From the human T2T-CHM13v2.0 reference genome, Homo sapiens: a stretch of DNA of 64,000 bases. The first letter of the stretch is position 1. Each line of letters opens with the position of its first letter. Below, in pieces: positions 1-15,841 of this stretch. The notes below the pieces were generated by a model. It saw nothing but the letters and a program-made list of their open reading frames with translations. It did no database searches and was not told where the DNA came from. Both the position numbers and the translations under genes were made by a program. The stretch lies in NCBI RefSeq assembly GCF_009914755.1, contig NC_060937.1; one strand, written 5' to 3'.

Positions 1-319
1 GATCACACCTGGGTTCTGATCAAGGGATTTTTATGAGGGCATAAGAAGAGCTTGTCACTGTACTTGTTCCAGTCCTCTCCAACAATCTAAGAATGCTTGG
101 TCTGACTATCTGTAAATAATAGTAATAATAGCCACTTACATGAGCCGCTTGCCATTAATGCCTAATTACCATGGAGCATAATAACAATTACTCATATCAT
201 GATTAGATTACATTATTAAAGATTTTTTTATTTTGTTTTTTTAAGCCTTGAACCATTCACTTATGCTCAATATGGTTTCTTGCTGAAGTAGCAGTGTCAT
301 CTTTCATAACTAAAAATTA

Positions 320-880
320 GAGGAAAATATGGTAGAAATCAAATGCAAATTGAAACAGTAAAATACACTTTGAAATTTACCAATTAGTGGAAAAAATGAA
401 ATCATAATACTTACGCTGGCAAGGATGCAGTGATATGGGTACTCTTATACATTGCTGATGGTGCTGAAAATTAGTATGATCCTTTTGATTATTTTTTCCC
501 AACACTTAAAAATGTTCATAACTTTTAAACCAGTAATCCCATAGTTGCTAATGTCTCCTAGGGAAATAGTAGAAGAAAAAAGCTAATTGCTTGGAGATTA
601 TCATTGTAGGATTATCATGGTAGTGAAAAACCAGAAGCTACTTAAGCATCCAACAGTAGGAGAATGGTAAATTGTCATTCATCTGCTGGATGAACTATTA
701 TACACCTGTGATAAAAAAGATCATTACAAAGGCTGTATGAGGAATGTATATAAGTGATTAAAAGCAATTTATAGCTTGAAAAGACACTCAAGGTAGTGGT
801 GGTTTTAGAGTCAAGTCTCTGGGTATGTGTATTCAATTTTATAAATGTTCTGTAATTTTGGATTACATTTTACTTTTAAA
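320..880 (+). mobile_element. Old L1 (L1ME-like) 3' fragment
   Basis: Degenerate L1 3' motifs: gctggcaaggatgcag...ctcttatacattgctgatgg...catccaacagtaggagaatggtaaa. Confidence 0.6.
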
Positions 881-2496
881 AAGTAAAAGGAAACAAAATG
901 AAAATAGAAACATGTTGTGACAGATCATTATTAGTTTCTAGCTGCAAGAAAAGTTTGGTAACAGTTAACCTCTCAGCCCATTTTCAGTAGAGGTTCTCAT
1001 TAAGAACCTGCCATTTGAAAATCTGTGTCATCATAGTGACTATATTATTGCCCTAGGATGTCAGCAAAATTCAGTATTGGAAAATGCCCTATAAAGCTGG
1101 TTTTAGCTTCTGCTGGTAACATTAATATAATCCTAAAAATATTGACAATGTTTCAGGCCTTCTAGAGCTCATCTTTATGCCAGATATTAATACATTAAAT
1201 AGATTGAAATGTTAATTATATACTTGAGCATTCTAAGACACGTGTGTGTGTGCACGTGTATGTGCACGTGGACAAACGTGAGAGATATCAGTGTTTAAAA
1301 AGTTGTGATATTTACTAAATTTTTCCTTTGGGGGCTTATCTCAGTAAAGAAAGTAAGAAAACGTAGAAAATAATTTTGTTTAAACTTTTGTTTAATCTCA
1401 TGAGGCTTAACCTATTGACTTATCTGTCTATTATTGACCATTTTATGAAAAGCAATTTTTCTAACATGGAGCACACTTTTGAATGAGAAAAAATTTTTTT
1501 AGTGCTCATCGTATTTTTTTTCATGACAAAGTGTTGTCCACTACTAGCTGTGGAATTATAAAACAAAATCCAAATAGGAAACCAAGTAATCCTATTAAGA
1601 ACATACTTTTATGATAATATAATTAATTTGTAAACTACCATATAATAATCTTGTTGTGGCATTGAATAGTATGCCTGCATCATGAACACTTGATCTCTTT
1701 CTAATTGGTACCATGCCAAAATATTGGTAAATGTTCAAAAAAGAACCTAAACAATTTACAGTGTGTCACTAAGAGTAGAGAGAGCTTAGAAAGATAGTCT
1801 GTTTCAAAGTTTATGCCACTGCATGTTATAACACTCATTAAATGAAGAAACACAATACTATGAGGTTTATCAAATTATGAAATTGATGAACATCCCATTT
1901 GAAAAATGTATTCTAGTGATAAATTCTTTGGTAAATTTAGGAACTTGCCAATAAAGTATACAGAACAGAATTATTTGTATTCATCTAAGCCTTTGAGGAT
2001 AAATGTCTTGGAACATGCAGTAATGTGAAGAATTTGGTGTGAAAATATTTGTATTAGTGAATTTTACTGCTTTATTACACTTTTCTTCTCAATAGTCATG
2101 TTCTTGGAGGAGTTAATGCTCTGTGTCTGTAGATACGAAGAGAGGAAAAAACTTTAACTTGCATGAATTTTATAAAAATGATGACTGTATTTGATAAACT
2201 GGTAGGATTTGTCTTAGTAAATAGATTGCCTCTGGGTTCCTTTCTTCATTGGAAGAAAAATGAACATTTTGTGAATGACAAGATTCTTAGTCTCTTTTTA
2301 GTATTACATTAGTCAAGTAATCCAGATGAATTGTAAAATCACTTTGTAAAGTGCCAGTTAAGAGCTAGTTTCGCATTTTGTGTTAGGTTAACTTACTGGG
2401 ATAAAATAGTCAAATTGCTTGACTCAAACCAGTAAAAGAAAAACTGTTTATGTTGTTACCTGGCATTATAAAAAATAAAACTTTACATTTGTGAAG

Positions 2497-3065
2497 TAAT
2501 AGTAATAGCTCACTTTATTGAACTATTGAACACTCAACTTTGTACCAGACATTATTCTAAGCTCTTTTACTTACATTAATTCATTTAAGTATAGGAGCTG
2601 CTTATGGATACTGCAGCCATTTCAGGATAGCTCTTTCTGTCTGTTGAGAGTAGAAAGTATTATGGATAATTCGTGTTTGACAGTAAGAACTATAGCATAT
2701 AAATTATATCTACTTTGTTTTACTAATTTCATTATGTATTTAAAATGCGAGTGAGATGGAAAGCCTTTCCTTTTGGTCTACTTATATAAACCTTTAAGAG
2801 TTTAATGTGGTCAGTCTAATTCTCTTCTTTAGCCTCTGTATCCACTGGGATATGTGGAAAGAGCATGAATTTTAGAGTCCACATACCTTGGGAAAGATAT
2901 AGAATATTTTTTAACTTTAGTTTTGTTTTCTTCTATGGAAAATACCTATAAAAACATGTAACCTCACAGGATTATTGTGAGGAACATAATAATTATTCAG
3001 TAAACATTTTGTTAGGTCATTGAATGTTTGAAATGCTTGGCACACAGGTTGTTAATTAATGCTGG
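2497..3065. mobile_element. MIR fragments (minus ~2497-2590, plus ~2850-3065)
   Basis: Degenerate MIR core and tail motifs (acctcacaggattattgtgagg). Confidence 0.55.
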
Positions 3066-3322
3066 TTCCATTTCTCTTGTTTTCCTTTAAGGCTTTGGAA
3101 AGAACAGTCTCTTTTATTGTTCACCTCCTGAAAGTAATGCTTGTTGCCCCTTAATTGCAGCAGCAGCCACTGATTGAAATTTCCAGATCAGGAGTTGAGT
3201 ATCCATTCCAAATTACCTCTCTAGGAAGTAAACCCAAACTGCTTCTTTGCACTACCCTTTTCTTTAGACTAATTCCTTTTCCTTTTATTTTTTCTGTTAA
3301 AATTTTCTTTTCTGTTTCAATG

Positions 3323-5525
3323 TGTATTAGTCCGTTTTCACACTGCTGTCAACATAAAGATACTACCTGAGACTGCGTAATTTATTTTAAGAAGAGGTTT
3401 AATTGACTCACAGTTCTGCATAGCTGGAGAGGCCTCAGGAAACTTACAATATGGTAAAAGGTGAAGGAGAAACAAGCACCTTCTTCATGAGGCAGCAGGA
3501 AAGACAGTGAATGAGGAACTGCAAACACTTTTAAAACCATCAGTTCCCCTGAGAACTCACTTGCTATCATGAGAACAGCATGGGGGAAACTGTCCCCATG
3601 ATTCAGTCATGTCCCGCCAGGTCTCTCCCTCGACATGTGGGGATTACGATTTGAGATGAGATTTGAGTGGGGACACAGAGCCAAACCATATCTTTCCACC
3701 CTGGCTTCTCCCAAATCTCATATCCTTTTCACATTTCAAAACCAATCATGTCTTCCCAACAGTTCCCCAAAGTCTTAACTCGTTCCAGCATTAACTTAAA
3801 ATTCCAAGTCGAAAGTCTCATCTGAGACAAGGCAAGTCCCATCTGCCTTTGAGCCTGTAAAATCAAAAGCAACTTAGTTACTTTCAAGATATAATGGAGG
3901 TACAGGCATTGGGTAAATGTTCCTATTCCAAATGGGAGAAATCAGCCAAAACAAAGGGGCCACAGGCCCCATGCAAGTCTGAAACCTGGCAGGGCACTCA
4001 TGAAATTTTACAGCTCCAAAATAATCTCCTTTGACTCCATGTCTTACATCCAGGGCACGCTAATGCAAGGGGTAGGCTCCTAAGGCCTTGAGCAGCTCTG
4101 CCCCTGTGGCTCTGCAGGGTGCAGCCCTTATGACTGCTTTCACAGTCTGGTGTTGAGTGCCTGTGGCTTTTCCAAGCACACGGTGCAAGCTATAGGTGGA
4201 TCTGCCATTCTGGGGTCCAGAGGATGGTGGCCCTTCTCTCACAGCTTCACTAGGCAGTGCCCCAGTGGGGACTCTGTATGTGGGCTGGAGCCCCACATTT
4301 CCCCTCTGAATTGCCCTAGTAGAGGTTCTCCATGAGGGCTCTGTCCCTGCAGCAGACTTCTGCCTGGATATCCAGGCTTTCCCGTACATCCTCTGAAATC
4401 TAAGTGGAGGCTCCCAAACCTCAACTCTTGTCTTCTGTGCACTTGTAGGGCCAACACCACGTGGAAGCCGCTAAGGCTTGGGTCTTGCACCCTTTGAAGC
4501 CACAGCCCAAGTTGCATCTTGGCCCCTTTTAGCCATGGCTGGAGCTGGGGTGGCTGGGATACAGGACACCAAGTTCTGGGGCTGCACAGAGCAGCAGGGC
4601 CCTCCAGCCACAAACCATTTTTCCCTCCCAGGCCTTCGGGCCTGTGATGGAAGGGGATGTCTCAAAGATCTCTGAAATGCCCTAGAGACATTTTCCCCAT
4701 TGTCTTGGCTGTTAACAAGTTACTTATGCAAATTTCTGCAGCTGGCTTGAACTCTTACCCAGAAAATGGGTTTTTCTTTTCTACCCCATGCTCACACTGC
4801 AAATTTTCCAAATCTTTATGCTCTGCTTCCCTTTTAAACATAAATTTCAATTTCAAACCATATCTTTGTGAATGTAGATCACTGAACGCTTTCAGGATAA
4901 GCCAGGTCACCTCTTGAATGCTTTGCTGCTTAGAAATTTCTTCAGCCAGATACCCTAAATCATCATTCACTATCAGCATTTTGGTCAACACCATTCAACA
5001 AGTCTCTAGGAAGTTCCAAACTTTCCCACATCTTCCTGTATTCTTCTGAGCCCTCCAAACTGTTGTATCCTCCGCCTGTTACCCAGTTCCAAAGTCGCTT
5101 CCACATTTTCAGGTTATCTTTTTAGCAGTACCCCACTCTGCTGGTACCAATTCTCTGTATTAGTCCATTCTCTGCTCTAGAGATACTACCTGAGACTGGG
5201 TAATTTATTTTTTTTAAATAAAAAAAAAAAAAAGAGGTTTAATTGACTCACGGTTCTGCATGGCTCGAGAGGTCTCTGGAAACTTAAAATCATGGCAGAA
5301 AGCAAAGGAGAAGCTAGCACCTTCTTCACAAGGTTGCAGTAGAGAGGGCAAAAGGGGAACTGCTAAAACCATCAGCTCTCATGAGAACTCACTCACTATC
5401 ACGAGAACAGCATGGGGGAAACCGACCCCATGATCCAATCACCTCCCACCAGGTCCCTCCATTGACATGTGGGGAATACAATTTGGGAAAAGATTTTGGT
5501 GGGGACACAGAGTCAAACTATATCA
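3323..5525 (-). mobile_element. THE1 (THE1C/D-like) MaLR element: LTR 5156-5525, internal 3694-5155, LTR 3323-3693
   Basis: Two ~370 bp direct LTRs (tgtattagtcc...aaccatatc), THE1-int sequence between them, 5-bp TSD CAATG at 3318-3322 and 5526-5530. Confidence 0.93.
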
Positions 5526-7002
5526 CAATGTTACTAATATAATGAGGTTTTATATTAGAAATCTTAAAATGTAGATTTAGTATAAAAATCTACAACTCTT
5601 TTTAAAGTAAACTAGTTTTTCTCACAGAATGAAAGAACCGTGCTCCTTTAAGATAACAATATTGGTTGCAAAGTTATAAAGATTTCAGGTTTTTCTTTAT
5701 GAAAACCATTTTCCTTCACACTTTTGAAATCCTGCAGTTTGTAACAGCCTTCATAAATCAGTGATTTTCGTTTTAGCTCTGGCATAAAGTTTTTCAGCCA
5801 GTCCTGCTGTCAGTGTACCTGCTGCTTGACATTGACAGGATTCTTGTCAAAACCTGGGTTTTGCATAAATTAGTGTTTAACCCTGGACAGGCTTTTCCTC
5901 CTCACTTCAGAGCAGCTTTTAAAAGACTGTCATGCTCTTATTCAAAGATAATGAAAGTGAATTTGACTATTGTATCATGCATTTTGTACTCTGAAGAATG
6001 TAGCTTATCAACACTGTTAGAATAACTTGAACTTTCCTAGTCTTTTTTATTTCTCTTTGAGCCTTAATTAATAATCTCCAGTCTTACACATTGCTTTACA
6101 ATATAGACATCATCATTGATACTCCAGTGTACCTTTCTCTTTGTCCGGAGGATCTATTTGCTCTACTTTTTAATAAACAATTTACACTGGGGGCAGGGGC
6201 ACAACAAAGGGGCACACTTTAAATAATCTTATGGATAAACTTAGAATTTTTAAAAAGTTGATTGTCTTAATACTTTTCAGGAAGATACTATTTGAAAAAC
6301 CCAAGAAAATATGTGACTCTAATACAGAGACTTCGTGCTTTCCTAACTTGTTCTTGCTGTCACTGTTTTAGCTACAGCTGAATGGCAAAGGAGAAATAGC
6401 TTCATCCTTGAACGAGAAGAATATAACACATATTTGATATGATCATACATTTATTATGTTCTTCCTTTGTGTAAGATGATAAGCAAATTACTCTCCAGAT
6501 TGTAATCAGTTCCCCCAACCTCTGTTGAACATCTCAGATGTTTCAGATGTGGAATTACAGGTTACTAAAATACGGTTTATGAATTTCAATAAACCTAGAA
6601 ATAGAATCATTACACCAAAATGTAATATATCTAGTAGTCCTAGTTGAATCAGATGATACATGTCATTCAATTTTCCTTTATCTAAGTTGACAGAAGTAAG
6701 TTCATCTTTCTTATTGTTCTTGTAGAAAATCTTGGGGATACTTTTTCTTCCTTCAACCATACTCCCATCAAAAATGACTGAGAAGGTTTTCTAAGCTTGG
6801 AAAGAGAATAATTCTTTTTAAAAGAGAGCTAATTACTAATATGTTGAACCTTTTGAAATCTCAATGTAAGCAAAAATTCATACATTTAAGCATATTGCAC
6901 AAAATCAGCATTTATATAACAAGATGATATATTCTCTACTAACTTACTGAGGTAAAGTAGTATAAATGGTTGATAATGTGAGGATTAGAGTTTCAAAACA
7001 TG

Positions 7003-7360
7003 ATTACCATTGGAATGCTTATTGTGTGCTTGACACCATGTATAACTCTTGATGTACATTAACTGATTTAATATCTATAGGATCTCTATAAAACAAATAT
7101 TAATGTTTACTTTACACACTAGGAAAACTACAAATATGGGTTCAGAGCTGTTAAGTAACTTGCCTAAAATCTTTGAGCTAGTAAGTTGCAGAGCTGATAG
7201 TCAGGTTTAGGACTTGGTGACATCATAGAGCATGAACCTTCACTTTATCTGTAAATGGAGGTAAATGATACCAACGTACTTGAGAATTTTTGTATGAATT
7301 TAAGGAAATAATGTTTATAAAAATGTTTAGCATATTAATTGATTCTCAATATGTGATAAA
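7003..7360. mobile_element. MIR fragments (minus ~7003-7240, plus ~7241-7360)
   Basis: gttaagtaacttgcctaaaatc...gctagtaag and tatctgtaaatggagg core motifs. Confidence 0.6.
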
Positions 7361-7435
7361 TTGTTCTGATGAGTATCATTTAGTTCATTCAATCTTAGTT
7401 CTCACAAACTATAAGGGTGAGAATGGAAAATGTAG

Positions 7436-7811
<376 letters not shown>

Positions 7812-8234
7812 CAACCTATTTCTTTTAACCTATTATTCCATTGCTAAAAGAACTTAATTTTACACTAAGACTATCTTTATTGTCTTCTAAAATTCAATAG
7901 GATCTTGGTTCAAGATTAAGGTACATTTCAACTACCCATTTAGATGTTACCCTTTTAGATGGTAGTCTTCTAACTTCCACTCAGTTTGTAAAAATAAAGG
8001 CTGACAAGTCACCAAAATAACTTTTCAGAAATACCTGATGTAATATTACATAGTTAATTTCAGAATATACCAACAATAATACTGTGCCAAAATAATATCT
8101 TTCATTAACACATGGACTTTAACTATACTTAAATTTAAAACTTTGTATTTAGGTTGGGAAAATAATTCTCTACAAATTTAGAATAAAATAGATCTGGGAA
8201 TAGATTGTAAGCATTTCATTTGATGGCAAGCACA

Positions 8235-9090
<856 letters not shown>

Positions 9091-9487
9091 TTGAAACTAT
9101 AGCTTTAGTACTCAGCCTGATAATTGATAAAGGTTTGTAAACCATAGTTTTCTTTATATTTCACTGAAGAGAAATAACAAACTATGGGTTGTTGGACATG
9201 AATAGGGAGTTAAATGTGATAATGGTGTTTGGTACATTGGGCCCTGCCTGCTTTAAGGCTTAAATTTTTCATTCTTTTCCTGTCATTTTTATATTTCTTA
9301 ACTCTCATTAAGAGGGTGAAAACATCAGCAAACAACTATTTTTGTATCATTTGATATAAAAATTTTTTCTTATATCAAGCATTTCTTATAATTATCTCTC
9401 CTACCACTCCAAGTTTTAGTACTTTTTTGTGGCATCAATCTGGCCTGTATTTTAGCAATTTGGCATAAAGGATTTTTTTTTTCCTGA

Positions 9488-9787
9488 TTTTTTTTTTTTT
9501 TTTTTTTTTGAGACAGAGTCTCGCTCTGTCACCAGGCTGGAGTGCAGTGTGCAATCTCGGCTCACTGCAACCTCCACCTCCCGGGTTCAAGTGATTCTTC
9601 TGCCTCAGCCTCCTGAGTAGCTGGGACTATAGGCACACGCCACCACGCCCAGCTAATTTTTGTATTTTAAGCAGAGATGGGGTTTCACCGTGTTGGCCAG
9701 GATGGTCTTGATCTCTTGACCTCATGATCTGCCCACCTCACCTTCCCAAAGTGCTGGGATTACTGGCGTGAGCCACTGCACCCGACC
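9488..9787 (-). mobile_element. AluSc
   Basis: gtcaccaggctgg, ttggccaggatggtcttgatctcttgacc; poly-T. Confidence 0.88.
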
Positions 9788-10805
9788 CTTTTATTCTGAT
9801 TTTTTAAAATCTGTATTATAGGTGTCCGTGGCATACTGTATCTGTCTGTATTGTTGCCCAGTCACATACATAAAATATATTGGCCTGTTTTAGCATTAAA
9901 AGCATTCTGGCATTATGATATAATCATTGCTCTCAGAGAAAGAATTCGTTAACTCATCTTATATTAGCCTACCAATTTAAGATGTAAAAATGACATAAAC
10001 TATGAGAGAGTGAAATAGTTAACCACTTGTGATTAGTGCTCATATGTCTTAACCATAAAATATTCTAAAACATACTTAGTTAGCATATTTGGGAAAGTAG
10101 TTGCTTTTGCAAAAATAATTTACAGGCATTGACCTGAAAACATATCAATAGGCATAGATAGGCATATGCATTTTTCATTATTAATCATAATTGCTCTACT
10201 TCTACCTTTAAAATGTTGTTTCTAACTGGTTTCTTTTTATGGGATATCTTAAAATTTTAAGGGTGTAGGCTAAAGGCAAGATGTTCAAAGAAGTTAATCA
10301 TGTTAATTTATTTTTTGCTTTATCTTAAAATACTCAGACTTTATAGCGTGTCTGTAACTTTTGATTGATCATTTTCAATAATGCTCCTTTGCTAATTTCT
10401 TTCCTCCTTTTGTTCTATTTGCCCTTTTTTCTTTATACATTAAAAAAGAAGAAAAAGAGGCCACCCCACCTCTCCCCAAAACAAAAAAAATGGTAACAAT
10501 AAAATGAATTATATGAAATTATTAGTTTTTGTGAATAGTTTTTGAACTTCTGAAGAAATAAAAGTTAAGCTGGTGGCAAGAACCTTTCTTCTTGCATTGG
10601 CTCTTTCATTTTTTTCCAAAGACATTTTTGCTTTTTTTTTTTTTTTTCTGTTGAAAGCAATTTGAAGAATACCCTCACAATAAGCTAAGTTCCTGATTTT
10701 CAGCAAAATCTATCAGTCTATTTAGTTTAATTGAAGTAGGTAAACAAACTCATGTGTTTTGAATAGAAGTATGTTTTATTAACTTAGAGTTATTTGATTG
10801 AGACT

Positions 10806-10995
10806 AATAGCCAACACTGCCTATTTGTGAAGCTCTTTTTAGGTATTTCTCATAGAATTCTCCTGATAAACCTCTGAGGTCATTACTATAATCTATATGA
10901 GAAAACGAAGATGTAGAAAAGATTAGTAACGTGCCTATGATGTGGTAGAATCTAAACCCAGACTCAGATCTGACTTAAGAGGTTGAGCTCTTACA
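10806..10995 (-). mobile_element. MIR fragment
   Basis: Degenerate MIR core (atgagaaaacgaag...gattagtaacgtgcc). Confidence 0.5.
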
Positions 10996-11266
10996 TGCCA
11001 GTGCTGTGATATAGTATCTCTTAAGGAAATCTTTGAGCCAACTGACACGTTTTGGAACAGAAATATGTTCCCTACTCTGATTTCTGGGCAAGCTTTTGGA
11101 ATCTATTTAATCTTTAGAAATGGGTTTCAGAGAGGTACACATTTTTAAAAATTATATATTCGTTCCTGTACTTAACTATACTATTTCAACAAAGACAATA
11201 ATCATTACATGATGTTTATAGTAGCTTCATGGCTGAAGCCATCCGTTTAGTTAAAATTAACCATAG

Positions 11267-11722
11267 AACTTGGAGGATATTGTGCTAAATGAAATAAGCC
11301 AGACACAGAAAGACAAACACTACATGATCTTACTTATATGTGGAATCTAAAATAGTCAAACTCATAGAAACAGAGTAGTATGGTGGTTGCCAGGAGCAGA
11401 GGGTGAGGGAAATGAGGAGATGTTGGTCAAAGGTTACGAAGTTTCAGTTATGCCAGATGAATGGGTTCTGAAGATTTAATGTACAAAACAGTCACTCCAA
11501 TTAACAGTAGTGTATTGTATGCTTGAAATTTGGTAACAAGGTAGATCTTGTGTTCTTTTCCACAAAAATGGAGAAAGAAGAAAGAAAATGGAAACTGAGG
11601 TGATGGATATGTTAACCTTGATTGTGATTATTTCACAGTGTATACATATATCAAAACATTAAGTTGTACATCTTAAATATATGTGATTCCTGTGTGTCTA
11701 TACCTCAATAAAGCAGAAAAAA
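11267..11722 (+). mobile_element. L1 3' end (L1MA9/MA10/MB-like)
   Basis: gctaaatgaaataagccagacacagaaagacaaa...tatacctcaataaagc. Confidence 0.85.
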
Positions 11723-11799
11723 TTCAGGAATAACATTGACTGTAGAAAAAAGTTCCTGATAGAAAACTATGTGAAGCAAGAAATGGAAATATATACCGT

Positions 11800-12000
11800 A
11801 TGATGCAATGAAAAGAACTTCAGGTGTACAGCCTAAAGGTCTCACTGAAGCATGGCCATTTACACAACTTTGAGCTAAGTACTCTGAGCCTTAGTTTTTT
11901 CATCTATAAAATGGTGAGATTAATTCAAAGCCTTATTGTAAGGATTAAATAAGATAACATGCAAAATGCCAGGCACACAATGGAATAAGCATTCATACTC
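11800..12000 (+). mobile_element. MIR
   Basis: ctctgagccttagttttttcatctataaaatgg...ttgtaaggattaaataagataa. Confidence 0.7.
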
Positions 12001-13493
12001 CTTTTTGCTGTTTCAAGTTGTAAACTCATGTGTTTTCAAATGGAAGAGGATCCATAACTTTTATCATTTGGAATTTAATAAGGGTGACTTCTCTCCTACT
12101 GTCTTTTTTGTACTATATTCTGATTAAAATATGGATGCAGCTTTTTGATGTTTTCACTGAATTTTCACAAGTGCTTAACCTGCCAAAAATAGCTTATTTA
12201 CATTATATTAATGTGTAGATCTTAGTGATGTTAGAGGAAGGACAATGATGAATAGTACTGTATTTGCTTCTAGTGTCATTTAAAAATTAGCTTTTCATTT
12301 ATGTTAAAGTTCAGATGTCTTGTTTAGATTGTGCTTTACTAAGAAGAGCTTATAATAAAACCCTTGAGTTAGGTATTCAGATGATTTCATGATATCCTGT
12401 AGAATCATAAACAATTTTAATATAACTTTAGAAAATATAGTATTTAAAGAAAAAAGATTAGAACCACAATGGGATGTCCCACAGTCCTCCCGAAATTTTC
12501 TGTGATACTGGAATGAAAATATTATGTTATGTCAGCCATGCATTTTGAAACAGTTGTTTAGTGATAAGGTTTTGGATCTGATTTTTCTTTTGTCTTCAAT
12601 TAGCATTTTTTTCTCTTCTGCCATAAAATGTTTTGTTTAAATAAAATGTGCTGGATGAGGTACATAAAAAGAGATTATCTTAGAGCTGCTCTGGAGGGAT
12701 GGGAGACTATAATTCTTCAATATATTTTCTTCTAAAGGGGAATTGTTTTACTCAGAGCTTCAGAAACCAAGATAATCTGTTATAAAACTTACTATATTTG
12801 GTTATATATCATAATAATTTTCTCATATGTTAATGAAACCCGAGGGTTTTTTTCAATTTAGGTATATGAGGTGAGTTTTTAATTATAAAATGAGACATTT
12901 AATTTATAGGAGTCAAGTATAGGGTTTAAATTTTCTCTGTGATAGAAGGCAAAGGGAGAAAGGCTCTGAACTCAGAGCCAGAGGCCTGCATTCCAGTTCT
13001 GGCTCTTCCACTAGCTCATTTTATTAATCAAATCACTCCACCCAATTGGTTGTCAGTGAGTAGCAAAGGTTGAAGTAGGTTGGGTTTTTAATTTCTGTGG
13101 CTTGAGGGCTACAGAGGTTGAAGAAAGTGAGGAAGAGGAAGCCAAAGGGGTACTGCTCACAAATATGTAAAAACACCCACTTTAACCTAGGCCCATATAT
13201 TTTATATAGGAATTCTACGTGAGATTTCATTTGAAACAAGAGTGCTGAATTTATCCTCAAAATAAATAATAAAAAAATATAAATCTGCTCTGTTAGATTT
13301 ATCTCCAGTTCCCCTGCAGTTCTGAGATTTACGATACCTGTATTCCTTACCCTCATTACTGGGTACCACAGTGAGGGGCAGTCGGGCTTGTGAATCAGAC
13401 CTGTGTTCTAGCCCAAGTAGTGGCACTAGTTACTTGAGCAAGTGATAGCCTCTTAGTTTGACTAACTGTTCTTTACAAAATCTTCCTGTTTTA

Positions 13494-14030
<537 letters not shown>

Positions 14031-14613
14031 TCAATTTTTAGCTACTCTAATATAGAAGAATATTAGTATAGTTAATCTAAAAATAGACTTGTTTTTAAAG
14101 ATATTTTAAGTTTTATTAAAGTCCATTACATGTTTTGGGAAAGCAGATTTGTCTTCATGATGATTGCTTAGGTTTTATATGAAAATCAGTTTACACTTCC
14201 ATACATACAAGCTAAACACCTCAGGCAAAAGGTGGCTTGGAAATTCATAGAATAAGTGGTTCATGTATGAATCACTGAAGGAGATATGTACTCATTAACA
14301 TTTCATGGTTCAAAATATCCTCAATTTCAAGGACTATTGCAGAGTACACTGAATTTCATATGCTGATGTATGTATTGTGACTACTATACAAATTCTGTTA
14401 AAAGAAACAAATGATTCAATTTTATTAAATTATACATAACATAGCTATTAGGTGACAGTATTAAGTTTTTCTAAGTTTTTATTTTTTTTTTCATTGAAGA
14501 GAATAATTGCCATTCCCATTTCCCACCTCCACCAACCAAATAATGTATCACTGGCTCTTCACAAAGTTATGACTTGGGAAAATGCTGAAGGAATGGTAAT
14601 ATAAGATAAAGTG

Positions 14614-14914
<301 letters not shown>

Positions 14915-15153
14915 GGCAAGGCGATTCATTAAGTAAAAATGAACATATTGCTGGAGCTGAGGTAAGTATCTAAGTATTTTCAGCAAATAGAGCCCCCGCC
15001 AAATTTCTATAGAGAGTTGGGTCAGCATTTACATCTTAGGGGTAGAAGCAGAGGAAGAAATGTCCCAAATTTCCAAACTCAAACTTCCTGAGGTTAGAAT
15101 TCTTTTCCAGGCTGCTCTGATACTTAGGAGTAGGAAGTGTCATTTGCCTAGCC

Positions 15154-15340
15154 TAGGGTTTCTCAACTTCAACACTGCTGGCATTAGGACTGGATAATTT
15201 TTTGTTGTGTGGGCTGTCCTGTGCATTGTAGGATATTTAGCAGCATCCTTGGCCTCTACCCATTAGAGGGAATAACAACTCCTTCCAGGGATTGGCTGAT
15301 GCCCCCAGCCGAGGCAGATAGCTCTCACTTGAGAACTCTT
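15154..15340. mobile_element. MER20 (hAT-Charlie)
   Basis: Terminal repeats tttctcaac...ttgagaac; ggctgtcctgtgcattgtaggatatttagcagcatccttggcctctaccca. Confidence 0.85.
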
Positions 15341-15841
15341 TCCTTAAAGGACTGGTTTGTATGCTTAGCTGCATTTCACCTTACTATTTGTGGAACACAG
15401 AACCTGACTTCTATTTAAGTGTGTTTCATACTTCCTTCTGAAGTGTGTTCCAAGTGACCAATTTATGATGAACTTTTATAACACGGCTCATTTATAAATG
15501 GGGAATATGTAGTTTTGTCTGTGTTCTCACTCCAGATACAGTATACAGTAATGAGAGATTGAAGATGATATGCAGGAAAAACGCAGTTGTAACTTGTCAA
15601 ACGCACATTATAGATGAAGTTGTGTATCTCCTTTTTGCATTGGTTTTTGTCTTTTGTTGTTTTCAAAATACCACTTCATTTATGTTTGGCGTCAATGATT
15701 ATTGCGGTTTTGTATCTTTTCATTAAGAAGGAGCAATAAACTAGTAAATATTAGTATAAAAGCTCATATTGAGTATTAGTTATTTAGTTTTATAAAACCT
15801 ATCTGATAACATGGGTGAGGTAAGCAAAAGTCTTTTTTTAA

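Noticed and set aside
2096-2201. Possible cryptic exon (ttttcttctcaatag...ctg|gtagga)
   Set aside because: Weak donor and no recognisable reading frame; such pairs are common in AT-rich introns.
4060-4994. Several 60-124 aa ORFs
   Set aside because: All lie in THE1 internal sequence; fragmented remnants, not host genes.
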